This document shows, one piece after another, positions 50,533 through 61,981 of a stretch of 64,000 bases of DNA (position 1 is its first letter; the number at the start of each line of letters is the position of its first letter). Origin of the DNA: Podarcis melisellensis (Eukaryota); NCBI GenBank assembly GCA_964234715.1, contig OZ174276.1; one strand, written 5' to 3'. Under the pieces are notes generated by a model. It ran no database searches. It was not told the DNA's origin and saw only the letters and a list, made by a program, of their open reading frames with translations. The position numbers were made by a program, and so were the translations under genes.

Positions 50533-51327
50533 CTATTTAAAAAGAGAGAGAGAGAGAGAGAGATGCAATATTTTAATCTCATTTGCCAAGCTGTGAATAT
50601 TTACATACCTGGGAGCTGCTAAATGGTTTCTTGCTTTCATACAGAAATACCCACAACGTTTGCTATCAAAGAAGAAACAAGTCCAAATATGTACAGGATA
50701 AGATTTAATTTTGTGAACGCCCCTTTGCTTTTTCTCATGCACGTTTATCTGTGTTAGTACCATGGACAGCTGCTGGCTCTCTTATACATTGAGGTGGGAT
50801 ATGCACTGCAAATCATTTTCCCGCAGCACAATCTCACATCTTTCTCTATATTCCTAGAATGAGCAGTGACGTCTTTTTACTTGTACTAAGAATTCCAGAA
50901 TACATGGAAGTGCCTGATAGAAAGTGGAAGGCACCAGAAATAGTGTGTGTTGTGTGGGGCTGTTGTGCATCCCATGTAAAGTTCAGGACATATTAAATAC
51001 ATTGCTGAGAGTCTTGGTACCATCCTTGCTTTACAAACAAGCTGAGCACCAGCTTTCTGGAGGTAGGCATGCAAAGCAGTTCTTGCAAGGGGAGGAAAAT
51101 CTAGATCCCACCCTCCTATCTGCCACATTACCACAGCTGTCCACCTCAGTTTCTATGACTGCTGTTCGTGCAGAGCTGGGTTTCCTAATCCACATGTGTG
51201 AAGGGAATCTGAAAGATGTGTGAGTATCCTTTTTCTTTTGACCCAAGTCCTGTGAATTTTCTTCCTTTCTCTACATTTAAGGTGTAGTTCAGGAGAGTCA
51301 ATGCAGTGAGAACAGAAACAGATTTTT

Positions 51328-51554
51328 NNNNNNNNNNNNNNNNNNNNNNNNNNNNNNNNNNNNNNNNNNNNNNNNNNNNNNNNNNNNNNNNNNNNNNNNN
51401 NNNNNNNNNNNNNNNNNNNNNNNNNNNNNNNNNNNNNNNNNNNNNNNNNNNNNNNNNNNNNNNNNNNNNNNNNNNNNNNNNNNNNNNNNNNNNNNNNNNN
51501 NNNNNNNNNNNNNNNNNNNNNNNNNNNNNNNNNNNNNNNNNNNNNNNNNNNNNN
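51328..51554. other. Assembly gap (227 N)
   Basis: Run of N. Confidence 1.
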
Positions 51555-51567
51555 AATTATAGGAGTA

Positions 51568-51785
51568 CAGTGGTATCTCGGGTTACATACGCTTCAGGTT
51601 ACAGACTCCGATAACCCAGAAATAGTACCTCGGGTTAAGAACTTTGCTTCAGGATGAGAACAGAAATTGCACGGCGACAGCAGCGGGAGGTCCCATTAGC
51701 TAAAGTGGTGCTTCAGGTTAAGAACAGTTTCAGGATAAGAACGGACCTCCAGAATGAATTAAGTACTTAACCTGAGGTACCACTG
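51568..51785. mobile_element. Tc1/mariner-type MITE, same family as 17580/17821 but inverted
   Basis: TA-cagtggtatctcgggttaca ... cctgaggtaccactg-TA; the interior is the reverse complement of the 17821 copy. Confidence 0.9.
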
Positions 51786-54700
51786 TAATATGAAATGAAA
51801 CAAATAAAAACAATGCAAGTTTCAAGCAGTATCAACCCAGGGTCCACACTTGGGTTACCTTTGAGCACATGAGGCCAACCTACTCATTTCCAGCAATGTA
51901 CACAGCTGAACCTCAATTAGCAATGAACACAGAAACAAACCTCGTCCTTTTTCTAATTCAGTCTTCCTCAAACCTGGTACCCTCCAGATGTTTTGGATTC
52001 CAACTCTCTCTTCCACGGTAGCCAGCATGGTAAGAGATGATGGGAGCTGAACTTCAAAACATTAGGAAGGCACCAGGTAGGGGAAGGCTGATATATCTGC
52101 CTAAAGTTGTCTGTGACCTTCAGGGGAATTATATATATCCCTCTTGGTGGTCTCTACCTCCCCAGTGCGAAATGCTGAACCCTGAATATTCGGAAAAAGG
52201 ATAGTACCAAAAGCTATTACTTATGCAAGGTACACTTTAATGGCCATGTTGGTATTGGGAAACTCCACAGCAACCAAAATTTGTTAGCATTTAGCTATTA
52301 CATACCACTGCATTGCAGTCCTTATCTAATTCATTTTTCATAAAAACCTCCAGTCATTGTGCTCCACATTTCCCCAAAGGGTACCTGTGGGAAATCCAAG
52401 CCTAACCTGACATCCCTATAGCTTAGCCAAAGTCCATAGGTTTCCCAGGGGTGGCTAAGGATCCTCTCTGGATCACATTCACAAATGATCACATTACTAG
52501 CTAGTGGAAACCAGACTTTGCAATGATAATAATTAAAGACATCACACTTCAGACTAATCTCTTTGCAATCTCTGATTATGCTGAGGGAGAAGACGAGGCC
52601 TCCAAGATAAGAATGCTGTTCAAAACTCAAAACATGATAGATCGTGATGTGTGGAGAATGACTCGGGAATCAGTTAATAGCCACTTTTCCAGGCTGGCCT
52701 CTGTAATTAATCAAAACTTGCAGGTTCCTGCTGTGACCACACAAGTTTCTTCACCAGGAAAACATTCCCTGCCTTCTTTGGAGTACTGCACAAAAGATGG
52801 GTCTCTACAAGGTCAGCAAGCATACCATGCAGATGAGCTGCTGGAGGACTGGATAAGGTCCTGCTTTAAGGGCTGCAGATAAAATATTAATAGCAGTCAG
52901 AAAAGGTTTGGAATATTAGACTCCTTTGCGTGAAGCATGCAGCAATTTTAGAGTGTAATCTCTGCAGACCACAGAGAGAATTCTCAGAAAGGGATTGCAC
53001 ATTGTCTAGAGGCAGTGCTCCCTCCCTCCCCCACTGCGGTGACAGGCTGGCTGGATCTGGGACAGCAAGAGAACCGGCTTGAGGCGGTTAGAAAATCCAC
53101 ATCTCTGGAAGGCAAGGAATAATTGTTAGAGACGACTGAAGCTCAAGTAATATCTATTTTGGTTTCTAGGCAAGAAGTCTGTTCCATGGAGAAGTTAGTA
53201 TATGAGCCCTGACTCCCTTTAGGGGTTTTTACACTGTCCCCCACTCCCAATACCAAGGTAGAGGACTACTGAAATCCTTTGTAAGCCCATGATTCATGGT
53301 CCAGCTCTCTTCTATCCTGTCTGAGTTGGTCACTTTTAATCCAAAATTTATTCAGTTTTCTCACACTTGAATTCAAAGACTATCCTTCTGCACATAAGAA
53401 GAGCCATGCTGGTCTACACATAACACAAGAAGAGGCCCATCTAGACCAGCATCCTGTTCTTACAGTGGCCATTAAAATGCCTACAGGAAGTCTTGTACTA
53501 TCCAGCAGCACTGCTTTCAACAATGGAGACCCAACATAGCCATCATGGCTAGTAGCCATGGAAAACCTTATCCTCCATGAACTTGAGAACAAATTCTGAG
53601 CAAAAGCTTCAGCTGCTTCTCTGTTCCTCAGCTTCAGGGGCATGTCTTTCTCCACCCCACCCCGTTTCCCATTTAATCTTCCTGGTTGCTCTACTTGACA
53701 CTTCTGATCAACACCACCCCAGCCCCACTTCAAAATCTTTCCCCATGCCCATCTTTTATCCTTACGTTTCCCTTGGCCCCCAGACCTAAGCCCTTGCTCA
53801 GGAGGGGAAGTCACACCCACTGAAATTCCCTCTTCTCCACAACCACTGAAGCTGCATGAGCCACACACACCCCTGTCCTCTTTGGTACCTGGGCCACCTT
53901 ATTCCCCCCGAAATAAAATGCCAGTTAAAAGACCTCTGTTCAGTAGTGGATGGAGGGCTGGGGCAATGGCACCTGGCCTCCAGCTGCCCTCATAGCTTCT
54001 GCATACCAGGACAGAGATGGGGAGGGACAAAGTGGTTGTGAGGTTGGCACGGTGTGAATAATACGGTGGGAACACCAGATTGGTTCCACCAGTGCATCTG
54101 CACCATGCTGACCTCACCAATGCCTCATCCCTCCTGCTTTCAGTCTTGGTGTATAGCAGCGATATGGGCGGCTGGAGGCCAGGTCAGCACTGCTGTCCCA
54201 CTTCACTGCCCGCTGCTGCCTGTTTGATATTAAGTGGTTTCTTCTGAATTCTGTGTGCTGGCAGGCACCATTTTGAAATCCTATGACTATTTACTCTTAA
54301 AACGGCTAATTCTTTCATAGGTCCTGCATGCAAAGAACAATTGCTAAATTCAACCAAACCAGATGTGAGTTTGTTTCCTAATAACCTCCCTGACAACATG
54401 CAATAGAGGGATTTTTTTTTTTTAAGAAAAGCATCTGAAAGTTAATAATGGCCCACAAGCTCAAAATAGCTCTCGCCCTATCCAAATCACTCATGTAAGA
54501 ATTGTTTTATAAAGCAAGTTAATGGAGAACAGTGTCAATGATTGCTCGCTCATTAAAAGAGCGTTTTTACTTTAATAGTTGGAAAGGGATTCATGTGAAG
54601 CCCCATTTGACAAAAGTTTGAAAACTCCCAGCCTTAATGAAGAGCACATTTTATTAACTAACTAACACACATGTTCAGTTTCTGTGGGTGGGGGGAGGGG

Positions 54701-57251
54701 GAGTAAAAAGAAAGAAAAGAAAAAGCAGAAACTTAAATTTGTTTTCATGCCACAGTTCTTTGTGGGTCACGCAATCATTTAAAACAAAATTATGTGCTTT
54801 ACCAGTTATGGAAATCTTAGTCGGTGTGAAGTGGCTAAGCTACAAAGGCACACATCTGGAGGTAGTTCCTTGAAATCTATGGGACGCAGATTTTGTGACC
54901 CAGAAAAGAGAGAACTTTAGCGGAACACAGGGTGGAATTGCTTCAAAATGCTGTAGTGCTCCTAATTAGGATTACAGCCGCTCTGTTCCATTCTATTCTC
55001 CCTTCCCACTGTCTGCCCACCCCACTTCTGTGCCCACTGCGCATGCTGCTGAGTCTTCAGAGTCTTCACTCCCTTTAAATATTTTTGTACTACTGCAAGC
55101 TTTGGGTTTTCTCCTCACCAATCCTGCTGATAACTTCCCTCCTGTGTGTGAGCTGAGCAGTGCTGTTTTGGCTCCATAAGGAATGATGCTCACAGCCTTA
55201 CCACTGGAATGTCTTGGGTCTGAAAGCTTGATCTCCAGGGTAGGACTAGTTTTTGATGCAGCTGCTTCTAATGACTAACTGCAACGTGTTTTGAAATGAC
55301 AACCTTTGTGGTATCTTCATCAACATGGGTTGTAGGGCTGGCCCTATTATTAGGCAGGTTGAGGCAACTGCCTAAGGTGGCAGCTGCCCTGGGGAAGCAT
55401 TATCATCTTGTGACTTTCCTTCCTGAGCCTCGAGCCATTTTGTTCTGTTGCTACATGACCTGTTCTGGACCAGCTACTTTGCCATGCTACTCTCCAGTGT
55501 GGTAGTAGATGTTATCTGGTCACCAGTGTTAAAAGTAAGATTCAACCATCAATTTATCTGGCTTTCGGTTGTGGAATTGGGAGGGGCACAATCTTCTCCT
55601 TTGCTCCAGGTAGCAAAATATCTGGCCCTGGTGGTTTGGGTATGAAAACCGAAAATTTATTTTAACCTCTTGCTTGTTTTGTGACACCAGCTGGACTCCT
55701 AACAGACATTCGTCCATGACAATAAAACCTATCATTTGTTCATCAGCCAAACATGCCGTTAAGTTGTATGGATGGCTTCAATTCCAAACCCAGAAATTTC
55801 AGCTGCCGGTACTTTGACTTTAAAGCATTTCAATAACTAAAACTGTCATTTCATATTCAAATTTAATAGAACTCCAGAGCATTCAAATGGGTGCATTTAA
55901 TTTGAATGGATTTGACCATTTGAAAAATACTCTTTGCTTTCAGCTCTCATTTTAAGCTAAGGGAAGATGATTCTAGAGGGGTGCAGCCTGAATAGCATTT
56001 GACAATGTTACAGAAGCCCCCCAACGGTTGTGTGTTTTGTTTATCAGCCCCTCTTTTTGCCTCTCTGAAGCTGCAGATCCTAAGCATGCTCACCAGGATG
56101 CAATCCCATTGAATTCAGTGGGGCGTATGTCCAAGCAAACATGTATAGGATCAGGTGGTAAGAAACTGAAATAAAATAATAGAACTGTCAGTTTAATGTG
56201 CTTTATCTGGTTAGAATCTGATTGACAGACACTGTTGCTATGAAGATCTGATTGAAAAAAACACCAACCCAATTATGCAAATCTATCAAAACAAATGTTG
56301 CAGGGAACCAGAATGAAGATGTTTGTTCCTATCAAAACAAAGAGGAGAAAAAGAAGTGCAAAAAAGAGCTATTCCTTTCCTTCCTTTGTGCTGTGCCCCC
56401 CAATAAATGCCAATGCAGAACAGATGGAAAGGACCAAAACCCAACATTATACCAAGAAAGCAAAAGCGTTTGAATGTTTATTGAAGAAGAAAACTGTGAC
56501 AGATGCCATAGTTGTGTCAAGTATTAAAACAAGCTGATTCTGCCTTGGGAAATAGGATGCCAAAAAAGAAAAAAAAGGGGTGTTCTTACTTTGATGTCTT
56601 TGGCACATGGCTGTTGCTCTTGGATATTGCAGGGTGGAATAAAAGACAGCTTGACGGGGCAAAAGCAAGGAAAGCCCCTTTGCACCCACTGCTGGGAAGG
56701 GGCATTTATTGCTCAAAGTAACAGCATGCAGGTGAAGAACTAAAAAAAGAATAAGCCACAGCCAGTGATAAACTGATGAGACCTTGTCTTCTGTTATAAA
56801 CTACAATGCTTAAACCCAAGAGCAGAGCATGGCAGCAGGACAAGCAGCAGCAAATTCCACATAAATGCAAATCTGGAGGTCAGCTGTGCATCTGTAATGG
56901 ACAGATGTGCCAGGCAGCCGACGAACAGGATTTGCCAAGGTGGGAATTGAAGGCAGTTTTGCCTTAACACTGAAAGTAGAAGTTTGGTACTGATGTTGCT
57001 TAGATACTAGCACTGCTTGTGTGCTTGCTTCTGTGACCCCATAATGCCTGCTCAAATATGTACATTTGTACGGTGAGGGGTGAAAACATATTATTAGGAT
57101 GACACGATGTCTCTAGCCCCTTCTCCTCCTAAAAAAGCTTATCTTAGGAAGGCTGCCATGAATTTCTCAACACGTGGAGGAATTGCAGAAGTGAAGCAAA
57201 GTATGAGTATTTGAAAACACTCATCCCTTTAGATGTGTGAGGCAGTCATAT

Positions 57252-58032
57252 TAGAAGGGCAACAAAGAGTCTTGTGCATTGAAGACCGATACATTTTTAT
57301 TACAGCAAATGATTCCGTGAACTAGAGCCCACCTTATCAGATGCATGGAGTGTAATCTTTATTTTGATTCATTGATTCATTCAATAAATTTAAATTATGT
57401 CCTTTGTCATAAACAACAAAGTTATCAAATAACTATTCTGCATTTAATTAAGTCAATAATGAAATATTAATAAATATTTATTATGTAGCTACAAAAACTG
57501 CAAAACACAATGTGTTAGAACTAGTACAAAAATCTATCCTAAGCCAACAGCAGAAAGCAGTTCCGCCATTACAGTTGGGCAACACTGATCAACCACTGCC
57601 AAGTGCCCTGGTGAAGAGATAGGTCTTCATTTGGCATCAAATTCCATACAAAGTAGACACCAGATACATTTCTGATGGGAGGGAGTTTCATATAGGTTGG
57701 GTGCCACTACAGAAAAGGCCCTATCTTGAGTTGCTGTCTTATATACCAATATATATGGATGTCCAAAAAGGTCTCTCCTACAGATTTCACGGCCAAAGCA
57801 TGTTCATAAAGGAAGAGGCACTCCTTTACATTAGGTATGTAATTATATATACACACTGCATAAAGGGGAAAATATGTAAATAACTAAGTTAAAGTTGGAG
57901 ACATATGGCAATAGAATGCAGAAAGTACTTTCTGTGACAATTCAATCAGAGTGATGCATCCAATGAAGTGGGCTCTAGTCAGTGAAAGATTATGAAAAGA
58001 AAAAAAGGGCTTTATGGTGCCACAAGCCTCTT
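57252..58032. mobile_element. Penelope-like element remnant (inverted terminal segments) interrupted by a minus-strand L2 3' fragment
   Basis: aagagtcttgtgca...ctagagcccac...tcagatgcat at left is an inverted repeat of atgcatc...gtgggctctag...tgccacaagcctctt at right; L2-like gggagggagtttca...gccactacagaaaaggccc lies between. Confidence 0.65.
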
Positions 58033-58439
58033 AAGGTTGCATAAAGCAAAATTCTGAAAGTGATGTTGAAAAAGAAAGTTTTCTCCTTGAGGAACTGTAT
58101 TCATTCTTCCAGTGTTACTTTTTCATGATGTTACAAAAGCTACAGGGAAACTGCAGTGGCCTTCAGGCTGTTCATGAAATAGGATTCTCTCTAGATCACC
58201 AAAGAGAGAGGGTGTGCTGAGGTGATTGCCCACAGATGCTTTGATCTCTTGGTAAAACTAGTACAAGACCCAGTATTTTTACTTAAATCACCTTTAACCA
58301 GCTGAGATTAGCCCCCTCCCAACACCATGGCTAAAGAGATTGAAGGCAAGAACAGACATTGCTAAGAATACAACATCAGCTTGATCTGATCAGCAAGGTG
58401 GTAACCATCAGGAAGCAATGAGGCTTGGTGACTACTCAC

Positions 58440-58563
58440 AGCACTGTGTGGCTCAATTTTGGGACGTTCCATTGCAATGGTGATGCAGTTCAGAAAGATG
58501 ATTACCAAGACGACATGATCAAACATCTTGTGAGTAATTATTTTATTGCATATCACACGGAAT
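58440..58563 (-). CDS. CACNA1G: CACNA1G exon 19 (124 nt): III-S1, [41 protein letters not shown]
   Basis: Overlaps ORF 58362..58556; ttcctag acceptor, GCT|gtgagt donor. Confidence 0.97.
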
Positions 58564-59887
58564 CTAGGAAAGGGAAGAGGAAAAGAAGACTTAGGAATTA
58601 CCGGTAGTTGTCATCACAAGCCTTAAGCATGCAGACTGCCATTTCTTTCTAAACCAAATGTCTGAAACAATCCCCTCTCCCCCCAACCCCCACTCTTGGG
58701 AAACTGAATCCCCACCCTTACACATTTCTTTCATTAGACTATAACTGCAGATATTTCAAATTGTTCAGGAACAGAGATTTTTTGGCATAATTCTTCTCTC
58801 AAACTTTTCCCAGCTTATTTCAAGGCATCTCACTCTCAGAAAGATCTTCTGTTGAGAACATCACACTTTTTTTTTAGTTGTTTGTTATACCTTATTATTA
58901 TCCCAAAATAACATGCCTGAGAAAACTGCTAGTGTGCCACAAGGAATGTACCAATCAATCAGTCAATGAATCAATGAATAGCTCTTGTGAGTTCTTAGAG
59001 GAGGCTGTCTGCTGTGGCTCTGTACAGTTCACCACTCTCGCCTGGACTCCCTTCTACTTGGCCTCCGCTGGAGATGGCTAATCAGTTTGGCAGTGTTTCT
59101 GCATTGGGTGCAATAGGATTCTTAATGAGCTCCTGATGTGTAGTGTGTGCTGCTGAATGACTTACTGCAGAAGAGGCTGCCCACCGTGTGCCTGAATGCA
59201 TCACTGCTCTAGACATGGCTGGTCAAAGACATGGCCAGATTAACCAACCATCCAGAAATGTTTTTGTGTGTGTCTGTTTCTTTTTTGTGTTTTTTCTGAG
59301 GTCAGGAAGTGTAATTCTTACCCTTACACATTCAAAAGCAAATCTTTCAGGTGTACAAGTGAAGATAGGGTAGCAACTGAGAGTATGAGAGGCCAATGGG
59401 CAAAGTAAAAATAAGGGGTGGTATTCAAACAATTAATCTTACTGAAATCACATTAAAATCACTACTGCTACCAGTCCCAAAATGTATGGCTGATGCTACA
59501 GAGGTACTATCTAATGCAGAATTCCTTACTAGTTGACTTATAAAACAACAACACCGTGAGGGTTTATTGAGTAGAAAGCAGAAAATAGTCACACTTAAGA
59601 TGGACTTGTTAATAGCAACTGCAGCAAAAATTATAATTATATTTGTTAAAGCAAATGTTTTGGTCTGCAAACACTAATCCCTGCATGTAATCACTTTAGG
59701 TTCTCTTGCTGTTGTTTCTGGCTATATGAATGAATGTTAAAGGAACACACTCTTACCAGAATGATCTACTCTGACAGGTAGGAGTTTTCCAGGGTCCCAT
59801 CACTTGATACCTGATCCTTTTAACTGGAGTTGCCAGAGATCAGGGCATCTTCCACATGTAAAACAAGTGCTCTACCTTTGAGCTAGA

Positions 59888-60073
59888 GGGCGGTATCCAA
59901 CTAACTCATTATGCCAGTGCAAGGATTTCTGCTTATGCAATAGAAGTTCCCTATTAGTGCTACAATCACTGCCCAAATCTGCTCCGGAGCGTTTGGAGAA
60001 ACCTCAGAATCTATTTTGTTGCACAAGCAGAAATCCTTGCACTGATGAAACAAGTATTAATTGGATACCACCC
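59888..60073. mobile_element. Palindromic MITE
   Basis: TIRs gggcggtatccaa / ttggataccaccc, plus internal inverted cagtgcaaggatttctgctt / aagcagaaatccttgcactg. Confidence 0.75.
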
Positions 60074-60336
60074 ACTGCCCCTCCACAATGTTGTTAGCAT
60101 TGACGGCCAGCAGCTAATGTTACACGATGTATTAATTGATTTCAAGAGGTGCAGGCAGCCATTGGACATTAGCACAAGTTCAAATCCTTCAGCTGGCAAC
60201 ATTTTTTTCAGTTCTCCTTGCAATTGTTAAGTCTGCGGGAATTCTACAACTGCCATGCTCTGCAAATATTTATTTGAGCACAGAATCCTGGAGCCCTGCC
60301 TGCCATAGCGTTATCAATCACACTAAGTTGCCTTAC

Positions 60337-60437
60337 TTAGACTGAGGAGCAAAGATGTAGATAGACCAGGAATCTCTTTCTTTGCACCAGGAGGGGAGGC
60401 GTGCCCTTATCCAAGCCTTCATACGGTCCTTTTTACT
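60337..60437 (-). CDS. CACNA1G: CACNA1G exon 18 (101 nt): [33 protein letters not shown](K)
   Basis: Manual translation; ctctttaag acceptor, TAA|gtaagg donor (phase 2, AA+A = Lys with exon 19). Not in the ORF track. Confidence 0.95.
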
Positions 60438-61926
60438 CTTAAAGAGAAAGAGAGGGAGACAAAAATTGAAAACACAATGAGACATCAATCAGCTCCTCCG
60501 AGTGGCTGCAGCAGCCATTCAAAACTGTAATCTGTAACGAGGAAAACAGACAGGTGAAGAGCTCTTATGCTACTTTAATTCCCACCCTTGCCCATCAGCC
60601 CTGAAGATACCTTGCAGGCTGCAAGCTGGAGGCCGTCTCTGAATTGGACATCCTGGCCTTAAAACAAGGACTAAAACAATTAATCTGACTGCGCGGAGAT
60701 GTCACTCATGCTGTGTTGCTCAAGAATGGATTAATGGTATCTTACAGTACAGGCAGGCTCCTCCACTTACAGAAGCAGCGTAAAGAGATGGGTGTCTGGC
60801 GGAGCATAGATTGAGAGAAATTTATTGTAGAGATATGCACTGCTGTGCACAGTATCAGCTTAAAGACCACTCCAGCACGGCAGCAGCACTTTAAAAGTAA
60901 GTCACTGGGTGGAAAATGCAGACATAGCAGCTAAGAAAGAATAAATATAATTGTCTCTCAATCTCAGATAGTATCAAAACTGTCAAGAAACAACTCGATA
61001 GGAAAAATAGAACACAGCAAACATAAAGGCGGCAAGGAGGAATCTCTGGGAAAAGATTTTCTTTAATATAAGGCATTTTCTTTAATATACGATATACTCC
61101 TCTGTGAGAGAAGAGTAACAAATAACAGAACCTACAAGAGTGGCTAGGTTTTACCTTTTCTCAGTGGATTGGTTTTCATGTTATATAAGGACAGATACTA
61201 CAGGTATAGGGGGAGATTCCCACATGGGAAGTGATGGGAACAATAATTCTGGTTACAACTTGATCTCGGAGTTTACAAGCAATGTTCTCATGGGCACTCA
61301 TTGAGCAGAATGACCAAATGCACCAAGGAGGAAATGACTGAATGAAATAATCAAGCCAAACAAAACTCTAATTTGCTCATGCTATTATGTGGGTCAGGTC
61401 ACAAAGATGCAAAGCCACAGTCTGCTAGGAAAGCAAATTATGGCACATGAAATGAAACCAATCACGTCGTTCCCAAGGGGACAATTGCAAAGATACAAGA
61501 TATGTCAAATAATTTGAACGTGTGGATATTAGTCACAATCTGGAAAATCCCTCCCTGTTTCCGATCTGAAAAGTCTAATTGTGCATTGTTGTTTATTTGT
61601 CCATCCTTCCCCTGATATGCACACAGTTGTATGAAATGAATTAGCATGTTAACAATGAAGTATTAAATGAATTTCCTGTCACTAGGAATTTATGATCTTC
61701 TCACATATTAGGAATGCAGGAAGCTGCCTTACACCGAGTCAGACCACTGGTCCATACAGTTCAGCACCGTCTACACTGGATAACCAGACATATTACCTAC
61801 ATGTCCCTATTTCCAAATCAGTCATAACTAAAGTTTTCCAATTATTCTCTCATTTTGATTTTCAAGTCAAAAGTTGTGCTTTCCTGAATAGAGGGGGGGA
61901 AGCAGAAATATAATGGATGGTGTAGA

Positions 61927-61927
<1 letters not shown>

Positions 61928-61979
<52 letters not shown>
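61928..61979. repeat. (TAA)n microsatellite
   Basis: Direct trinucleotide run. Confidence 0.95.

Positions 61980-61981
<2 letters not shown>

Larger units (their letters stand above)
895..60437 (-). other. CACNA1G: CACNA1G (Cav3.1 T-type calcium channel alpha-1G), partial gene: exons equivalent to human 18-35; both gene ends outside the window
   Basis: 18 spliced exons join in frame. They contain T-type pore loops SKDGW (III) and TGDNW (IV), S4 segments [14 protein letters not shown] and [12 protein letters not shown], and Cav3.1-specific segments SKEKQMA, (D/N)LMLDDVI, FDTISLLIQ and [13 protein letters not shown] that distinguish it from CACNA1H/1I. Exon numbering is inferred from recalled human structure. 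Confidence 0.97.

Noticed and set aside
51306-51614. 102-aa ORF
   Set aside because: Artefact of translating through the N gap.
56772-56795. CTGATGA followed by a short stem (hammerhead candidate)
   Set aside because: No GAAA after stem II and no stem I/III pairing.
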